DNA of 64,000 nucleotides from assembly GCA_964524145.1 (NCBI GenBank), contig CAZGCA010000019.1, positions 4,133 through 68,132 of the forward strand. The letters are read 5' to 3'. How positions within the stretch are numbered: position 1 is the stretch's first letter; every line of letters begins with the position of its first letter. Source of the DNA: an uncultured bacterium. GTDB lineage: Bacteria; Hydrogenedentota; CAZGCA01. Shown here one piece after another: positions 1-8,816 of the stretch. The translations under genes were made by a program, and so were the position numbers. The notes beneath the pieces are model-generated. The model saw nothing but the letters and a program-made list of their open reading frames with translations. It was not told the DNA's origin and searched no databases.

Positions 1-523
1 GGGTATTCCGTCAACGGTAGGTGAAACGCTGGTTTCCGTAACGGTCGTGGCGTTCGCAATGACCAGCCTGGACTCAGCCACGCGGCTCACACGGTTCATC
101 GTGTCTGAGCTGGGAGCCAAGGCGGGAGCGTCTTTCACCAAGAACAGGTTTATCGCCTCGGGGATCGCTGTGGGGTGCGCGCTGGCTCTTGTCCTGATAC
201 CGCTCGGTGAGAAATCGACCGGAATGGTGCTCTGGCCAGTATTCGCCACCACTAACCAGATACTGGCGTGTCTTGCGCTCCTGATCGTGAGCGTTTATCT
301 GCGCCGGCAGGGCAAACCCATCATCTACACGTTGCTGCCGGTTCTTTTCATGCTGATCATCACTTCCTGGGCCATGGGGCTTAACCTTGTGAGTTGGACA
401 GGCAGCGGGGTCTGGATACTCGGGGTGGCCGGTACGATCATCTTCATCGCCCAGTGGTGGTTTATCCTGGAAGGATTGCAGGCTCTCGCCAGGCGAACAG
501 AAACAGAAGCTGCCAACAACTAG
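1..523 (+). CDS. cstA: Carbon starvation protein CstA, C-terminal fragment (5' end lies outside the window)
   Basis: The reading frame is open from position 2 with no upstream stop. Membrane-helix-rich sequence with the CstA-like motif 'LWPVFATTNQILACLALL'. Ends with a short hydrophilic tail. Confidence 0.55.
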   Translation, partial: GIPSTVGETLVSVTVVAFAMTSLDSATRLTRFIVSELGAKAGASFTKNRFIASGIAVGCALALVLIPLGEKSTGMVLWPVFATTNQILACLALLIVSVYLRRQGKPIIYTLLPVLFMLIITSWAMGLNLVSWTGSGVWILGVAGTIIFIAQWWFILEGLQALARRTETEAANN

Positions 524-583
524 CCTGTATACAAAGACTTAGGACACAATGCGTAGTGTTGATGTTCTGGGACGAGTCGGGGT

Positions 584-1096
584 ATGACCGTCTTCCTTAC
601 CATTATCGGCTGGATATGTTTCGCGCTGGCCATCCTTGTGGGACTCGCACTTGACCTGGTGGGGCTCTTCGGCAACTGGGTCATTCTCGGCGCGCTCGTC
701 GTGCTCTGGGTGGTGACGGGGTTCGAACATTTCGGTCCCTGGTCGCTGGCCATCATTGCCGGGCTGGCGGGACTCGGCGAGGTTATCGAAGCGCTGGCTG
801 CAGGTTATGGAGCGAAGAAGTTCGGCGCGCAGAAAGGTGCGATGGTCGCCGCAGTAGTCGGCTGTCTGGTCGGCTCGATTATCGGCACTCCGTTGCTTCC
901 GGTCATCGGCACGCTGGCGGGTGCATGTCTCGGGGCGTTCATAGGGGCCGCAGCGTACCAATACATCGTGATGGAGAAACGCGCCGATGCCGCGCTCTGG
1001 ACGGGACTCGGCGCGACACTGGGCAAGGTCGCCGGCCTGTTCGCCAAGCTGCTCATCGGCTTTGCCATACTTTTGATCGCTGCGCTCACCTACTAA
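584..1096 (+). CDS. DUF456-family small inner-membrane protein
   Basis: ATG at 584, 170 aa, four hydrophobic helices rich in G/A/L (e.g. 'GLAGLGEVIEALAAGYGAKKFG'). Pattern is typical of DUF456/YqgC-like proteins. Confidence 0.55.
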   Translation: MTVFLTIIGWICFALAILVGLALDLVGLFGNWVILGALVVLWVVTGFEHFGPWSLAIIAGLAGLGEVIEALAAGYGAKKFGAQKGAMVAAVVGCLVGSIIGTPLLPVIGTLAGACLGAFIGAAAYQYIVMEKRADAALWTGLGATLGKVAGLFAKLLIGFAILLIAALTY

Positions 1097-1230
1097 CCCG
1101 CATATCTCAACCATACGGCAACGCGAGTTCGTTCGGCGAGCGTGCAACGCCTCAAGCCGGTAGCGGAGCGTCACTCGAGTCCGAGTGGCGAACCGGAACC
1201 GATATCCGTTCCGCCGCTCAGTTGTTCACG

Positions 1231-3771
1231 TCATTTCTTGGGGTCGCGTTTGGCGGGCAGCTTCCAGTCGGGATGGTGTTCCTTGGCCCATTTGTCGCTG
1301 ACCTTGCCGCCAAAAAGGCTTCTCAAGCTGTGAGGATTCACGACTGCCCCGAGATAGATGTGAGCCAGCAACAGGAGAATAATCAACAACCCGGCGAGGT
1401 CGTGAACGGCGTAGAGGAACGCGGTCCTCGGATGATGCGTTCCTTTGTAGAAGTACATCAGGATACCGGTCGCGACAAGGACGAGCCCGAGAAGTATGAC
1501 GATGTATGCGAATATCTTCTGTCCCGCGTTAAACTTGCCGGCAGGAAGCTCCTGGTTGCCGCCGAAGTACCCGCCAAGGCCAAAAAGCCAGCGCACGTCG
1601 CCTTTGGCAGGTATGATGGCACGGAGCCAAAACAGCAGCGCAAGCAACAATGCCCCGCCTCCAACGTAGCCGATGATGCCGTGGAGGTCGCGCGCGCCCT
1701 GCCCGAGGGGGTCGTTTTCACCGAGCAGGAAGAAGAACCCGGTGACCGCGAGATATACCACTGACAGCATCAGTACAAGATGGGTCAGCCGTTCGTGGAG
1801 CCGAAACCGGACGACGTTCGGCACGTATTCCTTCCCGTCGCCGCGGGTGCCGAACAGGCAGAAATGGAGCACGATAACCAGCACAACTCCCAGCACGATC
1901 CATGGCGCAGCAGGTTTTAGCAGCCCCTCTCGCCGCGCCGAGGAGAACACGCTCGAGGCCGAGATCCCCATCATCTTGTGCATCGGGAGAGTGACGGGCT
2001 TTCCGTCCTCGCCGTACGGGTTGATCTTTGCCGCGGCAAAGAAGAACGGCGACTCGCTCGCGTGGCAGTCGTCGCAACCGCCCGCACCTAACGCTTCTCC
2101 GCGCGGTGCAACATTGTGTTCGAGCGCCCATAGAACCGGCCCGGATTGCTTGTGAAAGTAAGACTTCACGGTACCGTCCGTATTGGCTTCAAACACCTTC
2201 AATCCCTTGACAAGAACGGGATTAGGGTCCGCGAACCGTTTGCCGCGAAGCGTCTCTTTAAGGGCGCTTGCTATGGCGGCGATCTCATCACTGGTGTTGA
2301 TCTCCGGTTTCCCGTCACCGTTGTCGTCAAACTCCGCGAAGAGAGCCTGCTCCCTTCTGCGAATTATTTCGGGAGTCACCTTCTTGGGCTTCGAGTCCTC
2401 GACGGCTTTCATGACCATTTGGTCGAAGACGGCCTTGACCTCTTTTGGGAACAGGGGGTGGATGAGGTCGCCTTCCTTGTGTCCCCACCAGACAGGCAAG
2501 AGCATGTTGTAGGGACGTATCTTGCCGTCATCGTCTCTGGTGTACGTCGGCGTCCACTCTGCGACGTCGCCGGCAGCTTTCGCTGTGTCCGGAACCGGGC
2601 TAGTGAACGTTGTGCCCGTGGAATAGTCTATGACGTTCTTGGCAGCGATCTTCTTGTACGGAATGTGGCAAGTCTCGCACGCAATCATGTCGAGATGAAC
2701 CTGCGGCAGCCCGCGATGAACCATCTCGGGTGCGCCGAGGTCTCCCGTAGCGTGGCAATCCTCACATACGCGCATGCTCCCATCAAGGTCGTCGCGAAGC
2801 GTCAGGTTGTTGGTATCGCCTTTTGCGAAGTTGTGGTCAAGGTCGCCGGGATGGCAGTCGATACACCGGATCCCGGATTTTGTGTGCACACCTTCATTGT
2901 AGTGGTCGCCCCAGGTGGTGCCCGTCTTCTCGTAACCCGACTGGTCGTGGCAATGAGTGCAGCTCCGGTCGTCCGGCCGGGTGATGGGCAAATCGATTTT
3001 GCCGTCAACGTTGAACAGTCTGGCGTTGTAGTGGACGCGCGGCACTTCATTGTCCCTGACCGAGCCGGCTATGCCGCCGAGACCCGCTGCCGCCGTTGCC
3101 GCCCAGCGGAAGTTGCCCTTGAGCATCTGCCCGACACGTATGCCGTAGTTGTAGCCCTCACCCAGATGACAGATGAGGCAGTCAGCCTCGATAACGCCGC
3201 TCTCGTCCCAGCGTGCGCCGTAGTAGTCGCCGTCGAGGAGTTGTGCCAGCTCGCTGTCGGTTGTCTGGAGGTCGTCGTACCGGTGGTCGTTGCGGTCACG
3301 CTCGGCCCTGGCGCCCCCGGGATGGCAGATACCGCACTCCATAACCCACTCGTAGACGCCCATATCGGCGTGCGACGGGCTCGGGATATCTTTCGGAGCC
3401 AGTTGCCGGTTGTAGGTAAGATCGAACTTGCCGAACGGTCCGTCCGACAAGGTCCAGGGCTTATCTTTGCCGCCGAAGTCGTCGGTAAGGATGTCGGCGC
3501 CCATCTGAAAATGGTACCCGTCGGTAATGCGGTTGTAGTCGTGGCAGGCACCACACGTTCTGCGCGGGCTGTATGCAGCCGCCGTTTCAGGATCGGCGAC
3601 CGGATCGATGATAAGGCCGTAGTCGTCTCGCAGAAAGAACGGCGGACAGGATGCAGGCCTCAACCGTTCGGCAGCCTCCCCGGAACTCCCGTTCCCGTAT
3701 GCCGTTAGAAGAAATACAATACCAGTGACCGCGACCAACGCGGCGACAACCGTTCTTCCATACAGTCTCAT
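1231..3771 (-). CDS. Octaheme c-type cytochrome fused to a C-terminal diheme cytochrome b (HydC/FdnI-type) membrane domain; CbcL-like quinone-linked electron-transfer protein
   Basis: N-terminal signal peptide. Eight CxxCH motifs (CGACH, CGICH, CLICH, CTHCH, CIDCH, CEDCH, CETCH, CDDCH). C-terminal ~230 aa has four TM helices with conserved His ('HERLTHLV', 'HGIIGY', 'FNAGQK', 'HDLAGLLIILLLLAHIY') resembling the Ni/Fe-hydrogenase and formate-dehydrogenase cytochrome b subunit. Confidence 0.8.
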   Translation of the reverse strand: MRLYGRTVVAALVAVTGIVFLLTAYGNGSSGEAAERLRPASCPPFFLRDDYGLIIDPVADPETAAAYSPRRTCGACHDYNRITDGYHFQMGADILTDDFGGKDKPWTLSDGPFGKFDLTYNRQLAPKDIPSPSHADMGVYEWVMECGICHPGGARAERDRNDHRYDDLQTTDSELAQLLDGDYYGARWDESGVIEADCLICHLGEGYNYGIRVGQMLKGNFRWAATAAAGLGGIAGSVRDNEVPRVHYNARLFNVDGKIDLPITRPDDRSCTHCHDQSGYEKTGTTWGDHYNEGVHTKSGIRCIDCHPGDLDHNFAKGDTNNLTLRDDLDGSMRVCEDCHATGDLGAPEMVHRGLPQVHLDMIACETCHIPYKKIAAKNVIDYSTGTTFTSPVPDTAKAAGDVAEWTPTYTRDDDGKIRPYNMLLPVWWGHKEGDLIHPLFPKEVKAVFDQMVMKAVEDSKPKKVTPEIIRRREQALFAEFDDNGDGKPEINTSDEIAAIASALKETLRGKRFADPNPVLVKGLKVFEANTDGTVKSYFHKQSGPVLWALEHNVAPRGEALGAGGCDDCHASESPFFFAAAKINPYGEDGKPVTLPMHKMMGISASSVFSSARREGLLKPAAPWIVLGVVLVIVLHFCLFGTRGDGKEYVPNVVRFRLHERLTHLVLMLSVVYLAVTGFFFLLGENDPLGQGARDLHGIIGYVGGGALLLALLFWLRAIIPAKGDVRWLFGLGGYFGGNQELPAGKFNAGQKIFAYIVILLGLVLVATGILMYFYKGTHHPRTAFLYAVHDLAGLLIILLLLAHIYLGAVVNPHSLRSLFGGKVSDKWAKEHHPDWKLPAKRDPKK

Positions 3772-3944
3772 CTTCTCTCTCCGTTACGGGTAAAAGTACG
3801 ACGAACTACCACGTTTCGCCGCCGGTCCCTTCCTCCCCTTCGGTCCGACGACGACACAGCCAGCCGGTCGCACGTGAACGTGCCACGTCGACCGCATAAG
3901 GCCGGCGTAAAACCCACCAGCCGATAACTCGTTCTCTTCTTGCG

Positions 3945-5327
3945 TCAGGCGTTGTAGAGGGACTTGTCGATCTCGATGCGGCGCCCTTCTCTTATCGCCT
4001 TGTTCGCTGTCATTGCGCATACAGTTGCATTCAGGCCAATCTGGACGTTGCAGTCCGGCTCGCGGTCCGTGCGTATGCAATCGAAGAAGTTCTCGAACTG
4101 CAACTGCTCGACGCGCTTCTCGATAGGCTCCGGGCTGACGGGTTCGCCCTCATCTTCCTGGGGTACATTGCTGAGGTCGTGCGACTCGCCGGACGTTATG
4201 ACGGTGGCAATCTTGCCTGCGAGCTTCTCTTTCTCGCCACGCGATCCCCAATCGAGCGTCGGAGCCGACCCTTCGCGGAAAAACAGCCCTTTGCCTTCGC
4301 GCAGGATGAATGTGCCGTGGTCGCCCATTATCTCCTCGGAAGCGCCGTCGTGCGCGTTGGCGCAGATCGACGAGTATATCGCCCGGATCTGGTAGGGTTT
4401 GCTCAGCTCGCCGTAGTCCTTTGCGCGTTCGTGTCGGCGGCTGTCAGGGTCAGGCACGTAAAACACGGCATTCTCCGGTTCTATGAGATACTCGTAGACT
4501 ACCTGGACGTTGTCCCAAACCTCGCGCCCGTCCTTCCAGTAGTCCACACCGCCCATACCTGTTACCGCCACGGGCAGAGAGTCGAATATCCAGTTGCAGA
4601 CGTCCATCTGGTGGCTCCCCAACTCGGTCATCAGACCACCGGAATACTCGTGATAGAGGCGCCAGTTTAGATGGCGCTCGAGATCCTTGATGCGGCCGCC
4701 GGGGTCTTTTTCGGGAACCGGTCGTCGCCAATCGTTGTTCCGGTGCCATTGGGCCCGGAAATGGTTTATCCTGCCCAGCACTTTCTCGTCGCGCGCGAGT
4801 TTGACGGCATGCTGGTAGGAGGGGTCGTAGTGACGCTGGTGGCCCACCTGCAACTTCAACTTCTTGCCGACCTCACGCACGGTCTTGGCCATCTGGTGTG
4901 CTTGCTCTATTGAGTAGGCCATGGTCTTCTCGCAGAACACGTGTTTGCCGGCCTGCATGGCGTCAATGCTGACCTGCGCGTGCAGATGCAGCGGCACAGT
5001 GACCACCACCGCATCGAGGTCGTCACGCTCGAGCATCTTGCGGTAGTCCACGTAGGTATCGGCTTTCTGGGCAAACTTCTTGCCGCCGTCGAGGTGGGGC
5101 TGATAGTTGTCACAGAGCGCGATAATCTCGCAGTCGTCGATCCGGAGCAACCCGGTGCGCATCAAGTGGCAGCCGCGTCCCCCGGTACCGACTATCCCCA
5201 CCGTAATCTTGTCGGCGGCCTTCGTCTCCGCAGCAGCCGATCTCGTCTTGGCCAAGCCCGCCGAGACGGCCGTTGCCACGACGCCCGTGTCCCTCAGAAA
5301 CTTCCGCCTGCTTACCTTGTCACCCAT
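3945..5327 (-). CDS. TAT-exported Gfo/Idh/MocA-family NAD(P)-dependent oxidoreductase
   Basis: Twin-arginine signal 'SRRKFLRDTGVVATAVSAGLA'. Rossmann motif 'ITVGIVGTGGRG'. 'CEKTMAYS' motif typical of the Gfo/Idh/MocA family. Confidence 0.8.
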   Translation of the reverse strand: MGDKVSRRKFLRDTGVVATAVSAGLAKTRSAAAETKAADKITVGIVGTGGRGCHLMRTGLLRIDDCEIIALCDNYQPHLDGGKKFAQKADTYVDYRKMLERDDLDAVVVTVPLHLHAQVSIDAMQAGKHVFCEKTMAYSIEQAHQMAKTVREVGKKLKLQVGHQRHYDPSYQHAVKLARDEKVLGRINHFRAQWHRNNDWRRPVPEKDPGGRIKDLERHLNWRLYHEYSGGLMTELGSHQMDVCNWIFDSLPVAVTGMGGVDYWKDGREVWDNVQVVYEYLIEPENAVFYVPDPDSRRHERAKDYGELSKPYQIRAIYSSICANAHDGASEEIMGDHGTFILREGKGLFFREGSAPTLDWGSRGEKEKLAGKIATVITSGESHDLSNVPQEDEGEPVSPEPIEKRVEQLQFENFFDCIRTDREPDCNVQIGLNATVCAMTANKAIREGRRIEIDKSLYNA

Positions 5328-5398
5328 AACTCATCTCTCCTTCTGAATCCATGTTGCTCGGATTGAGTATAGTTGCGTCACCCACATTGTACTAAATA

Positions 5399-5407
5399 AT
5401 TATACCA
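5399..5407 (-). promoter_or_regulatory. Extended -10 promoter element (TGgTATAAT) for the Gfo/Idh/MocA gene
   Basis: Minus-strand 'TGGTATAAT' about 70 nt upstream of ATG 5327. A GGAGAG RBS lies 8 nt before the start. Sits in an AT-richer 150-bp spacer. Confidence 0.35.
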
Positions 5408-5478
5408 CAAATCAACCACTTATTTCGAACGAAAAAACGGGCGGATTTCGGACCGGGTTTACCGGGTTCTCCACGCCG

Positions 5479-7821
5479 TCAGTCAAGGCCAAATCTCACG
5501 GTTCGCGGTTGTTCCCCATCGCCGTTTCGTACCACGAGAACCGCCTTCACTCCCGGATGCTTCTCACAGTACCGTTGTGCACCGTCTTGGCCCATCACGA
5601 AGAAGGCCGTCGAAAGAGCGTCGCTTTCTGTGCCGGTCGGCGCTATGGCAGAGGCGCTGAGCACGTTCTGGACGGGCATACCGGTGCGCGGGTCCATTAT
5701 GTGGCCATACACCTTTCCACCGATCTCGAAGAATTTCTCGAGGTTGCCGGAGGTGGACAAGGCGGCATCCTTGAGCGTGATTGTGTCGAGATGTTCGGAT
5801 TTGTTCATCGGGTCGCGGATCCCGACTTGCCACCCTTCCTCGCCGGGAGGCGTGCCGAGCGCGTAGATGCTGCTCGTGCCGGCGTCCACGAGAGCCGAGT
5901 CGATTCCGTGTTGTTTGAGCACCTCGACGGCCTGGTCCAGCGCGTAGCCTTTGGCGATTCCGCCGAGATCAATCTCGACATCGGGGGAATCGAACCTGAC
6001 GGTGAAGTTGTCGGCGTCGAGCAGGACATGATGTTGGCCCACCTTCTCGAGTACGGCGCCAAGCTCGTCCGTGCCGGGTATGCGTCCCTCGTCGCGGAAA
6101 AACCCCCACGCGCGCATGAGGGGTCCTACGGTGATGTCGAACGCGCCGCCGGTGTCTTTGTTTATCTTTGCAGCAAACTCCAAGAGCCCAAACAGCTCGG
6201 ATTCAGCCTTGACGGGTGCTGTTGCTGCCCGCGTGTTTATCCAGCTCACGTCGCTGCCGGTGTCGTAACGGTTGAGCTGGTCGTTGAGCAGGTCGATACG
6301 TTCGAAGACCTCCGTGGCGGCCTCGTGCAACTTCCATTCGTCGTCACCGTGAAGGATGAGCATGAACTCCGTGCCCATCGCCCTGTGAGTGGCCGTGTGT
6401 AAGGCCGGGGCCGAGACGGTCTCGGTCTGCGCGGGCGCCGCCAACGCGGCCACCTCAACCGCGGGCGGATTGAACCGCTTCTGAAGCTCCTGCCAGTTCT
6501 TCTGGAGGCCGAAGTACGCCGCCACGCTCAGCACAATAACCGACAAGCTCAGCATGACGTTCCAGAGAAGTCGCTTGCCGCCGCGCGGTGTCTCGTCGCC
6601 CATGTAGGACCTCTGGTTGAGCAGCACCATGAAGCAGACGACGGCGACCGGCATGAGCGGCGCAGCTAGGGTCGAAGCAGTGATCGCAGCGTACCACGGG
6701 AACTTGATTGCGACTCCTACGACGCCGACGGCCGGGACGAGCGAGAACCACCACCTGGCACGGCCGCGATGCTCGAACCCGAACATCTCGCACCCGATAA
6801 AGCCGGTCGCGAGCATGTGTGTGATGATGGTCGAGAAACCGATGGCGATCATCCCGAAGCCTATGAGCAGGAGCGACAACCCCTTGCCGAGGCTCGGCGC
6901 CAGCACGGGGACTATTTCGCGAATGTCGCGCACGACGTTTGTCGCGGCTTGCCCGTCCGCAGGCCCGATGGTGTTGGCAACCGCAATCATCATGAAGCTC
7001 GTCGCTATCAGGAACGGCACAAGCATCCCGCTTATCAGGTCGAAATAGGCCAGTTCCTTGTGCTCCTTGCCCCAGTTCTTGTTGAGCAGCGAGTAAGGGT
7101 ACAGGAACACCATGTTGATACCGACCGCCGCCGCCACGCCTCCGACAATGGGTTTGATAGCGCGTGGATCGAGCCCCTGGCCGCCCAGGATGTCCTGTAA
7201 GAACGCGATGCCCGTGAAACCCAGGAACAGCCGTTTCCATTGAATGCCGCTCGATATCGCCACGATAGCGAACGCCACAACGATGGACCACACCATCGTT
7301 TTGACCGCGAGTTCGTAAATCTTGAGGCCCCTGGCACCCGCATGGTAGAGATAGACAATCACGCATGCCGAGCAGAGAACGACCGCGCCGATGCCCGCAC
7401 GACCGGCCACACTGTCCAGCGACACGCCCGCACCTTCCGCCAGCGAAACAACGCCGTTGGCCGTCAGCGAGTACTGCGGAATGTGCCAGAGCACCGTAGC
7501 GATCAAAGCGCTCCCGCCCCAGAGGATTGCAAGGGCCGGATGGAGCCGTTCCCAGAACACCTTGTACGGGCGTTGCTGGGTGTGGCAGGTCTGTTTCGCG
7601 ACGGACGCAAGCACGTAGCACCCGAGGATAATGGCCAGGGGTTGTACCCAGAGCAGCTTGTACCCGAGCAGCGAACCCATCACCACGCACGAGGCGACCG
7701 ATCCGCCGCCCAACGTCATCGCGCTCTGAAGGTAGCCGGGACCTGTCAGCCGCATGTACAGCCGAACGCGTTTGAGCGGCGGCAACTCCCTGGCGCGCAG
7801 GAGTGTCTCTTTTTCGTCCAT
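5479..7821 (-). CDS. Fusion protein: Nramp-superfamily (divergent MntH-like) membrane transporter core fused to a C-terminal ApbE/Ftp FAD:protein FMN transferase domain
   Basis: N-terminal ~440 aa has 11-12 TM helices with the Nramp-like start '...LTGPGYLQSAMTLGGGS' (lacks the canonical DPGN/MPH metal site). C-terminal ~330 aa carries ApbE motifs 'IDLGGIAKGYALD', 'SGNLEKFFEIGGKVYGHIMDPRTGMPV' and 'ESDALSTAFFVMG'. Confidence 0.8.
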   Translation of the reverse strand: MDEKETLLRARELPPLKRVRLYMRLTGPGYLQSAMTLGGGSVASCVVMGSLLGYKLLWVQPLAIILGCYVLASVAKQTCHTQQRPYKVFWERLHPALAILWGGSALIATVLWHIPQYSLTANGVVSLAEGAGVSLDSVAGRAGIGAVVLCSACVIVYLYHAGARGLKIYELAVKTMVWSIVVAFAIVAISSGIQWKRLFLGFTGIAFLQDILGGQGLDPRAIKPIVGGVAAAVGINMVFLYPYSLLNKNWGKEHKELAYFDLISGMLVPFLIATSFMMIAVANTIGPADGQAATNVVRDIREIVPVLAPSLGKGLSLLLIGFGMIAIGFSTIITHMLATGFIGCEMFGFEHRGRARWWFSLVPAVGVVGVAIKFPWYAAITASTLAAPLMPVAVVCFMVLLNQRSYMGDETPRGGKRLLWNVMLSLSVIVLSVAAYFGLQKNWQELQKRFNPPAVEVAALAAPAQTETVSAPALHTATHRAMGTEFMLILHGDDEWKLHEAATEVFERIDLLNDQLNRYDTGSDVSWINTRAATAPVKAESELFGLLEFAAKINKDTGGAFDITVGPLMRAWGFFRDEGRIPGTDELGAVLEKVGQHHVLLDADNFTVRFDSPDVEIDLGGIAKGYALDQAVEVLKQHGIDSALVDAGTSSIYALGTPPGEEGWQVGIRDPMNKSEHLDTITLKDAALSTSGNLEKFFEIGGKVYGHIMDPRTGMPVQNVLSASAIAPTGTESDALSTAFFVMGQDGAQRYCEKHPGVKAVLVVRNGDGEQPRTVRFGLD

Positions 7822-8116
7822 TCCGATGTTATCTCTCCTTCACTACCCTGTTTCCCCACTGCCAGCTTCAGCTATAACGATGCCGTTCGAGTATACCGAC
7901 GTTTCGGGACAGATGCAAGAGGGCCCGCCGGTCAGAATTGTGGGAGAAAAAGGACGGCTGCTGAGTGGCATGCTGTCAGGTCTGTAAGGAGCGAGTGGGG
8001 ACATCCTTGCAGGCGCTACAGGGAATACCGGATGCGGAATGTCGTGACGAAGGCGTCCCCACATCGGCAAATCCGGTATTGCAGTGGAGCTGTGGTGAGC
8101 AATGCGGTTTAGATTG

Positions 8117-8165
8117 AGCGCCAGGCTGTCGGTGCACAAATCGTTGGAACCGACCGCCTGGCGCT
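8117..8165. other. Strong stem-loop: 17-bp stem (16/17 paired) with a 15-nt loop
   Basis: AGCGCCAGGCTGTCGGT ... ACCGACCGCCTGGCGCT. Lies between the lipoprotein gene stop (8254) and the Nramp-ApbE start (7821) on the minus strand. Could be a terminator or a 5'-UTR element. Confidence 0.45.
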
Positions 8166-8253
8166 GATTGTCCAGGGTTATCACCCTCTTGCTGCTCCGA
8201 GCATCTCCCGCACCCGCCGGTGCAAGGCTCGGACAGCCAATCTAGGCAGTGCT

Positions 8254-8676
8254 TTAATACGTAACTGTAATTGTACCCTTGGCCGTGAGAGGTACAAGAC
8301 CTGCTTCCGTTTCGACCTTGAGTTCTTCGCCGTCCCCGTCGTACGCGTTGAACGTCCAATGGAACTCGCCGGGAGGAGCCTCAAAAGGAACCTCGAACTC
8401 GATCGAATAAACGCCGTCGTTGGCCGTCACGTCGCCTTCCGTGCCATCATCGTACAGGTCCAGGGTAATCTCCGGATACTCATCGACAGTAACAGTGACT
8501 GAATCGACGATGTTCTCCGGATCGATCACCTGCACGGAGATGAGAGCCGTATCTCCGGGCGCAACCTCTAAAGGCTTGACCCCTGCCTCAACCATGGCAA
8601 GCTTCTGTCCGGCACAGCCGGCGAACAGAATAGCCAAACATGCCAGAGTGCACCACGTCAGTGATGTCTTCTTCAC
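8254..8676 (-). CDS. Small secreted lipoprotein (Ig-like/beta-sandwich, unknown function)
   Basis: Lipobox 'ILFAGC'. GTG start at 8676, chosen because it is 8 nt from the GGAAGGAGG RBS (the track start at 8685 abuts the RBS). D/E/T-rich beta-strand pattern. Confidence 0.55.
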   Translation of the reverse strand: MKKTSLTWCTLACLAILFAGCAGQKLAMVEAGVKPLEVAPGDTALISVQVIDPENIVDSVTVTVDEYPEITLDLYDDGTEGDVTANDGVYSIEFEVPFEAPPGEFHWTFNAYDGDGEELKVETEAGLVPLTAKGTITVTY

Positions 8677-8756
8677 TCGATTCACCTCCTTCCCTAACGT
8701 TTGTGAAATCGTTGCTACAGCGCACAGTTGCCTCGACTGCTCCCACCACGGTGCTA

Positions 8757-8785
8757 TATATAACAGATAGCCTAATCGCTGTCAA
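8757..8785 (-). promoter_or_regulatory. Sigma70-like promoter (TTGACA-17-TATATA) for the lipoprotein gene
   Basis: Minus-strand TTGACA (8780-8785), 17-nt spacer, TATATA (8757-8762). About 70 nt upstream of the lipoprotein start. Confidence 0.4.
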
Positions 8786-8816
8786 GGGCCGGCAACCGGT
8801 CGGGGGCCAATATCAC

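Noticed and set aside
2146-3708. 520-aa plus-strand ORF overlapping the cytochrome gene.
   Set aside because: Antisense to a gene with eight in-frame CxxCH motifs and a signal peptide. No motifs of its own.
6455-7690. 411-aa minus-strand ORF, Arg/Gly/His-rich.
   Set aside because: Same strand but wrong frame relative to the 780-aa transporter-ApbE gene. That gene's frame carries coherent TM helices and ApbE motifs.
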